From contig CM082588.2 of NCBI GenBank assembly GCA_040954595.2, positions 7,858,844 through 7,922,843 on the forward strand: 64,000 bases of DNA, read 5' to 3'. A program made the translations under genes and the position numbers. Shown here one piece after another: positions 48,578 through 60,724 of this stretch. The notes beneath the pieces were generated by a model. The model saw nothing but the letters and a program-made list of their open reading frames with translations. It was not told the DNA's origin and did not search any database. The stretch comes from Balanoglossus misakiensis. Taxonomy: Eukaryota > Animalia > Hemichordata. Position 1 is the first letter of the stretch; each line of letters opens with the position of its first letter.

Positions 48578-51500
48578 AAGGACACAATTTGTATGTAAGG
48601 AAATATGCGGAGAGTAGCAGAATATTTATTTAAACCAAGTGACACACTTTTGTAAGACACATTCCTGTACAGATTCAATTTAGTTCTGTTTCTTACCTCT
48701 GTGCAAAAATGCCAACATTTGCTGGAAATTGTACGAAACTTATCAAGTTTGGAGATGGCACAACAAGAGTTTATATATCTTAACTCATTGTTATTCATTT
48801 GCTTATTTCTATTTCTTGCTTTACTTTGTTATTTTTTTTATTGAAATGTTTTTTCTTAATTTCTATAGAACCTGTAAATGAGACTTGTTTCAGTTGGTCT
48901 TCCTTGAAATAAATATAGTCTGAGAAGAAAGCAATTCTGCAAAATCTGTTTTCTTTATTTGGTCTAAACTAGTTTTTGGGGGTTGACAAATGAAATACAC
49001 TTGTATTGCAAAATGGTATTTTTTGGTGCACATTTAACGCAGAAACAGTTGACCTTGGAAATCATATGATTTCCAACAATTTTTCTCAAAAAACAACAGA
49101 AAATACTAGTTGTAGGTATTTGGATGTTTTCTCACGCCATCTCTTAAAAATTCTCCAAAAAAAAAGAGATACCATCGTATAAAACTGATTTAAAGGTATA
49201 CAATCACCTCCAATTTACATACGCCCATGTATGGCTGAAATGGTGTATTTGAGTGTTCTAAAAAACATATGGTGGCGCCCTTTTTTTCGCGTGTGCCACC
49301 CATTGAAAATCTGTGATTGGCTAGATCTCAATTTGCCATGGTAACTGTAGCTAACTGTATACCTTTAATTACTTGAGCTGCCACAAGATTGCCTCAGTGT
49401 TTTTGCTAAGGCCGGGAAACACTGGTAAATGAGTTGGGAACCCTGGTAACACTTCTGCTAGGTATTAATACGAATGCATTGACATACAAAGGGGAACTCT
49501 GGTAAAATGACTTGGGAACCCTGGTAACATTTATCTGGCTAATGCCCTTAACAAAAACACTGCACTTTCTCTGCTATTTCAGTCCAAAGAACAATTACAC
49601 CAGGAAAAATATGTGTGTCAATTAACGTCTTAAAAATAGAAAACATTGCAAGGGTTTCTTGAGCTAGTCCCTTCTCAGGTCCAAAATGAAGTGGCATAAA
49701 TTTTTTTCTCCCAAATGGGGACTGGTGGTGTTCATTCAGTAAAACGAAAAATAATTCTCGCTCCTCCCATCATTTGTGTACTTGTACGCACAGTCCAATA
49801 TATATTTCAGTCTGCCGTACATCTGCAAGAGAAAAAGAAATATATTCAATTAAAGTCCATGAGCTGTAAGTTTATGACTTTTTGAAATTGTTGAGATCTT
49901 TGTATCAAATACAGTTTCTCCTCAACCGATTTAAACATCATGAAATGCTCACTGTTTATCAACACAGTTCATGTCTGTGCATGCAGTCAGCATTGTTTGT
50001 TTGTGAACACTTGAATTCATTTCTCCAGAAACACTTACCACCAGTATTACTTGTACACAGACTATGTTGACAAGCAGAACACTTTTGAACATAATGAAAA
50101 TGAAGTCAAATAATAAAGCTACCGGTACTGCCCAATTAAAAAGTATAATATTATACCAGTATATTGATGGTGTAAATCACGCTATTTTATTGGTCGAGAC
50201 ACGACACGTGACTGTGATATATTCGTCACATACCACAGTCATATATCACGCAAAACTCACAGTCAAAGAAAATGCCTTTTTAAAATGTTTTATGCAAAGT
50301 TTCAATATAATGGTATAATATAATCGTGCGTATATGTCGTGAACTGGTCAAAATCTCGTGGTGTACCATGGCTTGGGGTGTTTTATTGCTGAAGTATATC
50401 ATTGGTGGCTGTGAAAATAATGTATGCATTAAAGGGACAAAGTCTCTCTCTCACTGCCCTTTTCCCCATATGTTGGAGACAGATTATTCATGTTGGCAAG
50501 TTTTTCACTCTCGTGTCTACAACTTACAAGTAGGATGGAAGTTGTTTGTGGTTGAACGTTCATTCACTATGTATCCACATGTAGAATAACATAAACAGTG
50601 TCTTGTATCAAACATAATCAATAGAAAAAGGGCAACGAGAGAGAGACTTTATCCCTTTAATGTGTGGTAGTTTCATAATATACGTACAGCATCAACCCAT
50701 GTATCATCCTCCATGGTCAGTTCAATAATCTGGTCTCTCTTGATCTGTGGCCTTACAAGTCTCAACATCTCCACCTGACCGGAAATGTAAGAAACAACAT
50801 GATTGGCTGATTGACAGTGGAAGTATTCAGTCTTGGCAAATAGGAAAGCAGTGATGGCTTACTGAAAATGAGGGGAGACAACAAGACAAGTCATGAAGCT
50901 TGCTGAGAGGGCAACAACTAGGTGGCCCTCTGACTCAAACATTACTAGTCTGGTCCCCTGCCCCATTCCCACCACCTGGCCCGCATATTATCATGAAACA
51001 AAGACCACGTGATCATAAACAAGATGGATGCCTCCAATGTCCGTACGCCAATGAGAGCCATGTTTACAAACACCCGTGCCTGACCCTTTCCTTTGGCGTA
51101 GCGCAGCCAGTGATGGGAATGGGGCAGGGGACTATATGAGTTTCAAAGTGTTATCTTCTTGTTCTTTATATTTGTATTTTGTTCATGAAAGAAGTTACTC
51201 GGCAGATGTTGTCTTTCCACTGATACATGTGCAAACATTAACCCTTTCACCCCCAATTCCTTATATAGAGGTCCAACCTTCCCATAGAAAACAATAGGTT
51301 TGGACTGAACCATGGTGATGAAAGGGTTAAAAGAATGAATTCACACCTTCCCCTGACACTCTCGGAAGAGATTCCACTTGAAATGATGCAGTGTGTGGTA
51401 GAGGCTGGATCTTCTGAAGCAAAATCTTCCAACAAAATATCTCTGATTGAGGAAACAAAAAACAGTTTAAAGGGGAATACTAGTCTAGCAGGTTTGTTTA

Positions 51501-52193
51501 ATGACAGGAAAAATATCTTTGGCAACTAGGGTCCATATTATGGGATATAAGGAACCAAGAGAAAAGGGTTGTCATGGGATCATAACGCATCACTGATTAA
51601 AGGGACAAAGTCTCTCTCTCGCTGCCCTTTCTCCAATAATTATGTTTGATACAGGACACCGTTTATGTCATTCTACTTGTGGATATATAGTGAATTAACG
51701 TTCGACCGCACACAGCTTCCATCCCGTTTGTATGATATGAGAGTAAAAACTCGCCCAACATGAATAAATGGTAGAGAATGATTATTCATTTTGACATCAT
51801 ACAGACATGATGCGAATAAAATCTTGTTTCTTCCATGAAATTCCACGAGTGGTACACCAGGATTTTGGTAAGCAACAGGGAACTTTCAAATGTAGCTTTA
51901 TTGATGAATACTGTAAAACAGGAAATTTTCACAAACAATATATTTTTTGCAAACTACATATGTGAAAGCTTTAAGAAACGTGAAAATAAAAAGTCGCATA
52001 AAAATGTTTTTCTGTGATAACGATGCAGTGAAATACGAGAACGCAAAAATTAATCATCATTTGACATTTGCTGATTTTGATATGGTCAACATTTCCTGTC
52101 GCAAAAAAATTCCCGTTTTACAGCGATCATATCAGCTGTGTGTGCGACAAACTTGTGCCTTGTGAAATGGATGCAGGTCGAAAAGACTCTTAC

Positions 52194-55100
52194 CCGATTT
52201 CCCATGAAAGGACTTTCATCATCAGAATCTGAAGAATCATCGCTGCTGTCTAAAGTTTCAAGTGTGTTTGTGTTGTATGGTGGTCCACTGAGATACACTT
52301 TCACGGAGACAAAGCGTCCTCTTAATTTGCATGCCTGGTGAGAAGTATTCAAATGAGACAAAGTACCGTAAAACGGGAAATTTTCGCGAAAGAAATTTTT
52401 TTTGTGAACTACGCAAGAGTCACAAAAACGCAAAAAATAAAAGGTCAGATAAAAATGTAACGATGCAGTGAAATACAAGTACGCGAAAATTAATCGTTGC
52501 TTTTGATATCACAAAAATCTCCTGTCGCGAAAATTTCCCGTTTTACAGTATTATAACAATGACGTTAAGACTTTCAAGCAGTGTGCAGTATGAGTAGACA
52601 AACTTGTACAGAAAAAAGGTGCAATTTCATTACACACACATCTGAAGTTACCTATAAGGATGATGAAACTGTAGTAAGGTTTAAGAAGATGAAGTAATTT
52701 GTTTTGTAAAATATTTTTTCATAACAATAGAATCAGTGTAAGCACCCCAGGTAAGCACACAGCACACCTTCATTGATTAAATACAAGATTGCAACCTTTA
52801 ACCTTTGACCTACCTCACACGTCATGCGACTCTTATAGACCTCCTCATCAGTGATTTTTGGGTACTTCTCAATACATTTCTACAGGTTATAGAATTGTGA
52901 GAAAAGTAAAGCTTCAATCATGGAAATTTTACTCACACTTTATATCAAAATTTCAAATCAGACAGAGGGATAGATGGATGCGTACATAAGTGTGTGGGAA
53001 ACATACCTTGTAATTTTTAACCCATGCCTGACTTTTCACCAGGAAAGTTTTCCTGTCGTTCAGTTCATCATCTACTTTATGTAACGCTGGCAAGAAATAA
53101 TCATCTGAATATAAAAACAACATGTGTTTCCATGTAAGGCTTGTACCAATGAACATCACAAGAACTGAGTTAAATGGGCTTTGATCAAATTTTGTTTTTG
53201 GTGGAGTGCACTTTCATATTTTAACCCTAACGCTGCCAAGTCGGTTGAAACTGGTTTGATTTCCAGGGTGCCTAGCATCCTGGCTCTCAGGCCTGTTAGA
53301 CTGCCAAGTGTGTGTTAATCAGTAGGGCCTATACAAGACCCTCAGACCAATACAGTGCAAGCCAGTTAGATTTGGTACATTTTACAGGGGGTTCAGACTG
53401 CCAAGTGTGTCTAAGTACATATGAGAGCCATGACAAGACAGTTAAAATATGTTCCAGAAGAAAAAGTGGCAAATACATATTTTAAGGGACTTGACACTCT
53501 AAACAGGTATGACACCCAGTAGCAATAGGGTTAAAAGCAAAATTACACTGTAGCTGTAACATTTAGCTTTTCAATTATTTTTGTTCTGTGTACCAAATGC
53601 AATTTCTTGTTCTACTCCAAACAGCATGCCAATATAATTATTTTGTAACCTTCAATTGTTTGACCACTGATTAAATGCATGTGTTGATATTGTGTATTTT
53701 TCATGAAGATATCTGCAACTTAAACCTTCCAAGGTATTCAGAACTCACTGATTTTATTCTGTGTGACCTTAAACAGTTCAATTTTATCATAAATATCACC
53801 TAAACTACATGCTGATAGTGCATGTAGTTCATGCCATGCAAACGTGTCCCCTGAAAAATTATTCAAGCACTTTGAGTGGCCATTTTTTTGCTTTTATTTT
53901 TATTCTATTGGTTTGTCTTTTCACAAATCATATTTATTTTTTTCTGGTCGAACTGATAGAGTGATTACGGTACTCTGCTTGTCAACTTAGCTTGTATGGG
54001 TGTAACAGCCATTGTTATTGATGACAAATGAATTCTAGCCTGGAACAATGCTGACTATATGTATATAGGTTGTGTGAATAAGCTGGATACTGGGCATTTC
54101 ATCATGCTTCAGGGATTTGAACAAGAAACAGCAGTAGATACACAAAACGAAAACACTGAAAAGTTACAGCTTATGGAGCTTTAAAGTACTCTGAAAGTGA
54201 AATATAATGGTCACCTTTCTCCTGATAGACACAGACAAGGAAATACGGATCGATAGCAGCACTGACGATGGCCTGAAGATAAATCTTAAACACCAGCTGT
54301 AGACCACCAGCAAAGATTCCTGTTAACACTGAAAAAAATCCAGAGAGTAAGGCTGCATTCACAAACACCTCTGGAGGGGGGGGCGGGAGAATTCAATTTT
54401 TTTTACCGCTAATTTTCACATGCCCCCCCTTCCGAACTGCCAATATTTTCAAATCCCCCCCTTCCGAACTGCCAAAATTTTGAAATCCCCCCCCCCCCAT
54501 TTTCTTTCACAGAGCAAAACATATCACCTATCTATCTTGTAAAAAGAAAAACAGCGCTCCCATGAGAAGAATTTGAAACTGATGTTTCCCCTCATCAGTG
54601 GGTATTAAAACTGAACATTGTTTTTATTTTTTAAGTACATATATTTGTATTCTGTGTTGGGAGACATTGTAAACCGAGAATTGAAGGGGGTGGGTTTGGG
54701 AGGGGGTGTCCCCCTCCCACGTAAGAAAATTTTCTAAAATACAGAGCTCAAAGCTGCATTTTAATGAACCCGGCAAAAGCAAATTAACTCAACTACCGGT
54801 ATGTTGGGGAGGACAAATTTAACCGTCGCCGCTCAAAGTTATCATGGGGTGGGACAAGTCCCCTGACCTGGGACACTAGCTAAACCAGTCAATGATTGAA
54901 AGGTGTTGAAGAATGGAGGGGGTGGGTGTGGGAGGGGGTGTCCCCCTCCCACATTAGAAAATTTTGTAAAATAAAGGGCGCGAAACTGCATTTTTGTGGA
55001 CTCAAAATAAAAATTTAGTCGTTAAAGTTTTCAAGTCCCCCCCTTTCAGTCCCTAAATTATTTCAAATCCCCCCCCTTACATACCCTCAATTTTTTCAAA

Positions 55101-56957
55101 TCCCCCCCCTCAATTCTCCCGCCCCCCCCTCCAGAGGTGTTTGTGAATGCAGCCTAAGTGTGTATGAAAATTGTTAAAGCCTCTAGAGCTGCCACTTTTT
55201 GCATTTATTTTCATGATTTTATTTTCCAGCTTATATTGGTCCATTGAAATAAGCTTACTGATAGGTATACCGGTACATGAACATCTCATCACCACCCTAT
55301 TGTGGCTGTACGTAGCGAGTTGAACACTCTATATATTAAGTGGGTGCCGCAGTGATTTAATCAGCCTCCATACAAACAGTACGCAGCTATCATTGTATGC
55401 ATCACCAAGAGATGACAAACTGATGCAGATACAAGTAATATGGCTTAATGGTGAGGATTTCAAAGGATAGGGAATATAAATTTTGAAGCATTTTATTGTG
55501 GGGAAAAAATGTGAAATTTGGCAGCTCTGGAGGCTTCAAAGTCAGTGTTATGGCTGCATTTGCACTAATGGAGTAAGACAAGGTTGTGTGCATGTTCAGA
55601 ATGACAGACAGTGTCCTAATAAAAGCAACGTGTCTACACGTCATTGTATAGTGCCAACTTCCCAACAAAGACAGATTACAACATACTTGGCAAGACTGTC
55701 TCACTGCCACTCGACTCGTCAAACGGCAAATCCCAGAATATGACTCCGACTACATCTGTGTTGTCTACATCTGGCATGGCATCATCATCTTGCCCTTCAT
55801 ACTTGCACACGTTGATTGCCTGGTACTTGGCCTTTTCTTTGTTGCTATAGCGACGGACCTACGAACAGGAGGAATCAAGGAAATGAAAATCAAGACAAGC
55901 CTTCCTCTCAACACATGAGTGTAATAACAGAAGGGCCTTTTTTGGTTCAGCAGAATTTCTGATCTTAGAGTATCTTGTCCTTAGGGACCGTCTCAGATTG
56001 TCAAATAAGTTCAACAAATGAAATTCGTTTGTTTAGGGGAAAGGGGGTTGAGATAAATTCGTTTGGTTCACTTTTCAAAACTGACCGGCATTAGTCATTT
56101 TAGCAACTACAGTCAAGCCTCTGTTAGTGGCCACCCCTATATAGTGGCCACTTTGTTACAGTCCCTGTGCAATTCACATGTGCGTTAATTAACCTCTATA
56201 TAAAGGCCACCTGTCTATAAAAAGGCCAGTTTAGGAAAGTCCCTTGACTGGCCACTATAGACAGGTTCAACTGTACTTCTCAATCTCATTTGCCGTACAT
56301 AAACAATTACTAGTACAAGCTATAGGAACAACGACACAGAAGAAACAAACAATAGCAGGTGACAATAAGCTACCACTACGCCATTGTTATCTCAGTGTTT
56401 GATAATGATAAAATAAACCTGATCTGTCATATATATGCAACAAAACCTCTGCACATCACCGCTGACTTGTGGTTTCCTTGAATTCCTCACCTCAAGTGTT
56501 CCTCTAAAAATGTCTGGATACTCTTCATCATCGTCATCATCTTCATCTTCACCATCATCTGAGTTTGCATGGCAATCGTCATCATTCTCCTGACTCACAC
56601 ATGTGTATTTCCTCATAGTTTTCCCTTCTATTGACCAGATGCACTTGATATCATCCCCACAGGACAGCAGGTCTTTTTCCACCACAAATTTCAGCTATAA
56701 ATGCGAAACAGATTAAAAAAAACTAATCAAATGTCATTTTAATTAAAGCACCAATAGCTACCACATATTTTCCATTGATAAAATACTGCAATCTTTACCT
56801 CTTTAGCCGACAGATGACACCATTTTGAGTTTGTGCAGATTCTAATTATACGGGGATAATACCTATTTGTGCAATGTGGACCGCGGAAGCACCAGTTTTT
56901 TCTATGGCGCCTTGCAGAAGTTGCAGGGCTGTGGTGGAGGCCGTGTAACACACAGAC
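52194..56957 (-). CDS. Multi-exon gene of unknown function, copy B (exons include 56957-56799 and 56694-56419; the rest are colinear with copy A); ends not defined
   Basis: Exon 56694-56419 is 276 nt, open, and bounded by tatag| and |gtttat. The splice sites checked for downstream exons are conserved relative to block A. Confidence 0.55.
54351..55154. mobile_element. PIF/Harbinger-like MITE (TAA TSD), polymorphic between the duplicated blocks
   Basis: TAA|GGCTGCATTCACAAACACCTCTGGAGGGG...CCCCTCCAGAGGTGTTTGTGAATGCAGCC|TAA. The empty site CAGAGAGTAAGTGTG at ~35538-35552 has a single TAA. Confidence 0.9.
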
Positions 56958-58368
56958 CTGTACGCAGAGCTACACATTAAAGGCTGAGAGGGCTGATGAT
57001 AAAATTGTGGGGAATAGAAGGTTCCCGTTTTCCCAGCTACAAATGATTTGTTTGGGATTATTTTTCTATCGAGTAGGATTCTTAGAGAAAGCTTCTTAGT
57101 GATACGCTTCAATTGAAAGAATCTTACAGGACACTTGCATCAGATTCAGGGTGGGGGGGGGGGGTATTACAGATATATTCTTCGACGGACTTTCACTGTA
57201 ATTACATCAGTCTATTTACATGTGGAGTTCGTGACAACATACTTTTGATGTTGATATGGACCGAACCCAACTCATCGGTTTGGCCAAATTAATAAGGTTT
57301 CTATGAGTAGCGACTAAAGATAAAAAATGCAAACTTTGAAAAATAATATGGTACAGTGTTTTTTTAAATCACAAATTAAAGCTCTGTACCTAAAAATATA
57401 GCACCATTCGACCTACAGAAAGAAACCTGACCACTTCTACTCCATAATCCCCCGTTTTGAAAGTAAAACATATTTCATATACTGAATAACTTTTATGATA
57501 ACATTTTGTCTTAAATGTAGGTGTATTTACATCAATACACACTGAAAAATAAGGGTACTCCTACTACTAGTTTGAATTCTAATGACACAAGAGAACTACT
57601 GTATAAGAATACCAATTAAATAATGTACTATCATACTCGAAAACTTTTTTCACTCTCTCCGCATTCTTCATGATTTTTTTTTCTTAAATTGTCTAAGATT
57701 CTCTTTACTACGTTTACAGCTAAAGTACAATGTATGAAGCCATGTTGATATACCCAAAGGCTGTATGTTGTAATTTTTGATCTTATCAAATACAGCTAGT
57801 TGTCCTTCATTACAAATTAAAACAAAGGATCAGGTAGTCCGTATGTAAATGAGGCCATCAACGCTCATCTATTTTCAGCCCCTGACGTCATCGGTGTTCC
57901 CCCTGCATGCCCTGATGTGATTGGCTATTGATGACGTGTTCTCTGTGTTGCTAAATTTAGTGCTATAAACAAACACTCTGCAATCATGTGCAATATATTG
58001 AGGAATCGTAGTACAGGCAGCTTATCACCGCTAAAAGCATGTAGATTGTATTTGGTGCATTTCCCAGTTGAGCTGATGTATTGCTAAACATATGTAGAAG
58101 AAATTTACGGCCCGGGTAACGATGACAACTGCCGCTAGACGAACGAGCCAACACCGGAAGACGCATCGACGGAGTTTTAACGGGTTCCACCCGACCCGTC
58201 CGCCGAAGACACAGACGTGTCGTCGATGCCTTCTTCGCCGATGAACGAAACGCGAGTCGCCAGAAGTTATCACACGCAAGACAACATTCGCCTCCACCAC
58301 TAAACCTCTACCTTGGCGACAACTTTGCCGTCAAGCTTTACGACTTGTTCAAATTTGAGAAAGACGTC

Positions 58369-59583
58369 ATGAACAACATTGAAGGTGGTTTGATACGCTG
58401 TGAGTTTGAAGCGAGGCGTGGATTTGATGAGATGCAGTTATCGGAGCAAGCGGAGAGAATTTACACCAGTCCAAACGCCGGTGGAAATTCAGTTGAGTCC
58501 GAAGTACTGAGGTAATATTTTTACATGCCATGGAAAAGTGAAAGAAATCCACACACAAAAATTCTAAGCAGGATGTTGAGATTCCGCTGTGAATTGCCAG
58601 TCGAAATAAATAATTACAGCTATTTTCATTTTTTTGTCTGAAAAACTGCGTTTATTCTTTTTTTTACCCCCAAAACTTACGAATGGAGACCACAATGAAC
58701 TGAGTTCGTTTGGATCGTGCAGCAACTAAATGTAAAGAAAACGACTTGTTTATAATGTTTCTAAAAACGACCGTTTTGAGGGCTAAAAGTGGTCAAAATG
58801 GCAATTTTGTCTTAAGTTGGGTCAGTAAGACTTTTTTTCCGAATCAACACCAGTTTCAACTTAGAACGGACGTAAGCTTCCCAAACCTTTTATACAAAAT
58901 TATGTTTAATCTATTTATATTTAATCTAATTTGATTTATCTATTTCTAAGAAATGTATGTTTTCCAAAAGTAAATGATGACAACTTGAAATTGCAACAAA
59001 CTTGTTAATATCTATAATAGTAAAAATTATATTTCCCCCTGTTTTACCCCCGACAGTTTTGAACTGCTGAAGCGCTGTTTTAGAGCAAGATTGCTGAAGA
59101 CGGAGATGGAAGTCAATTATTTCCCATACGGCGGATCCATCACCGACTACACCTGCCATATGTTTGACACCAAATTGGGCGTGTCGGTCACCAGGGCGAT
59201 GAAGTTCAAAGGTCAATACGAAACGGAGGACGCGGAGAAACTACTGAGAAAGAAATTACAGGGTGAGAAACAAGAATTATTCAGATAGTAAGAAATGGTA
59301 TGGAGTTAAAAAAAAAAACCAAGCAATTATTTTACTTAATACTAATCTAATTCTTCTCGTATCATTTTTAGGTATTACCATGGCAACGAGAAATTCCTTA
59401 GAAGGCTGGTCCAAGCAAATATTACATGTGTGGGCTGCGTCCGCTCACATTGCGAACACTGTGGCGGACGTTTACTACAGACTGTCGAGGGATATAACCT
59501 CGAACACGGTAGTTTTAATCACAACAGCCAGCAGACGATCTAGTATATTCAGCAATTCGACAAACACACGGGGAAGAGCCTAA
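58369..59583 (+). CDS. AAC4-like protein, copy B; join(58369..58511,59057..59262,59372..59583), 186 aa
   Basis: Identical exon lengths (143/206/212) and motifs to copy A. Confidence 0.75.
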
Positions 59584-60167
59584 TTCTTAAAACCCGGCGA
59601 CGGTTGATTACAAAGGCGATTTCAAACGGTTGCAAATAACAAGAAAGACTTTTAATCAGACTTATAATCGCACAGTTGATAATGTTATTATAAAATATAA
59701 TAGTTATATTATATCTGTACACGTACGTAAGGACGAAATTGTTTTCTGAAGACATGAATTTCAAAGACATGCTTTTGTTTTATTATATTAAATAGTATAA
59801 AACGTGGTATTATGAATCTATATTTCTAAGATCTTTTTCTACTTCTTTCATTCATTTAGGATTTTGTTACAAATAAAGTTTTTCGTTTCGCTTATTTACG
59901 GGATATTTAGTGCGACTGAGACGTGAAAACATTGTGGGTTTGTGTTTACGTCCAATGATGTGCATCGCGAACACTGAGCAGAGAGAGAGAGAGATGGAGA
60001 GAGAGATAGCGAGAGAGAGAGAGAGAGATGAGATGAGTAATTACGGGATGAGTATTCTCAGAAAAGGCTGCAAAATAACGTTTTCCACATGGATATATAG
60101 AGGAACGCCCTAATAGCATTTTGACCTATCTGAAGTCAAATGCCATGAATAAATTCAGGCGAAAACG

Positions 60168-60234
60168 TTGCCTCTCAAGAGGGCGCCATCAATGACCTTT
60201 GGCCTTTCATTGATGGCGCCCTCTTGAGAGGCAA
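60168..60234. mobile_element. 67-bp hairpin insertion with 9-bp TSD (MULE-like mini-MITE)
   Basis: Perfect 28-bp inverted repeat with an 11-nt loop, flanked by GCGAAAACG / GCGATAACG. Copies 1, 2 and 4 have a single GCGAAAACG. Confidence 0.8.
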
Positions 60235-60250
60235 GCGATAACGAGGTTGA

Positions 60251-60261
60251 GGGGATTTCCC
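60251..60261. promoter_or_regulatory. NF-kB site variant GGGGATTTCCC upstream of NLR copy 5
   Basis: One substitution relative to the other copies, still matching GGGRNWYYCC. Confidence 0.55.
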
Positions 60262-60724
60262 GATGATATCACCCTTACAGACAACCATATATTTCTTTTT
60301 GTTTATATGTACAATTGCATACTAGTATTTTGCGCCAATGTCAGTGGCCTTCACATTTGAAATCGTAGCCCCCAAACATCGATTTGTTGGACTTTTCTAC
60401 TCATATGATATAAAGTTACGAGAAACTTCATCTAATTGTATCATTCTAACCACTTAACTCTAGCACTCAAAATATTTCAAGTGAGTTTCACATATACATA
60501 TACATGGAACGGTAAGGCCACTGTGCCAAGCCTCTGCTAGCTCAGACTGCGTGTTTGTGATTTGCACACAGAGTTGGCATTTGCGCCTGGTTTTAGCAAA
60601 TGTGAACATTTTAGTGTATCACCAACACTGTTCGAGTTAATCTTGGAAGTGGAGATCTTCATATATCTGCGCCCAAGTGCTTCCAGAACTGGAGTCAAGT
60701 TGTGTTTTGTGATATCGTACAAAG

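Larger units (their letters stand above)
50145..59920. repeat. Cargo block B, segmental duplicate of ~31680-41190
   Basis: Colinear with block A. It differs by a Harbinger-like MITE at 54351, a ~330-bp insert at ~53637-53970, and absence of the 36850 element. Confidence 0.9.

Noticed and set aside
59978-60036. GA-rich tract and its Arg/Glu-rich ORF
   Set aside because: Ordinary microsatellite near the block boundary.
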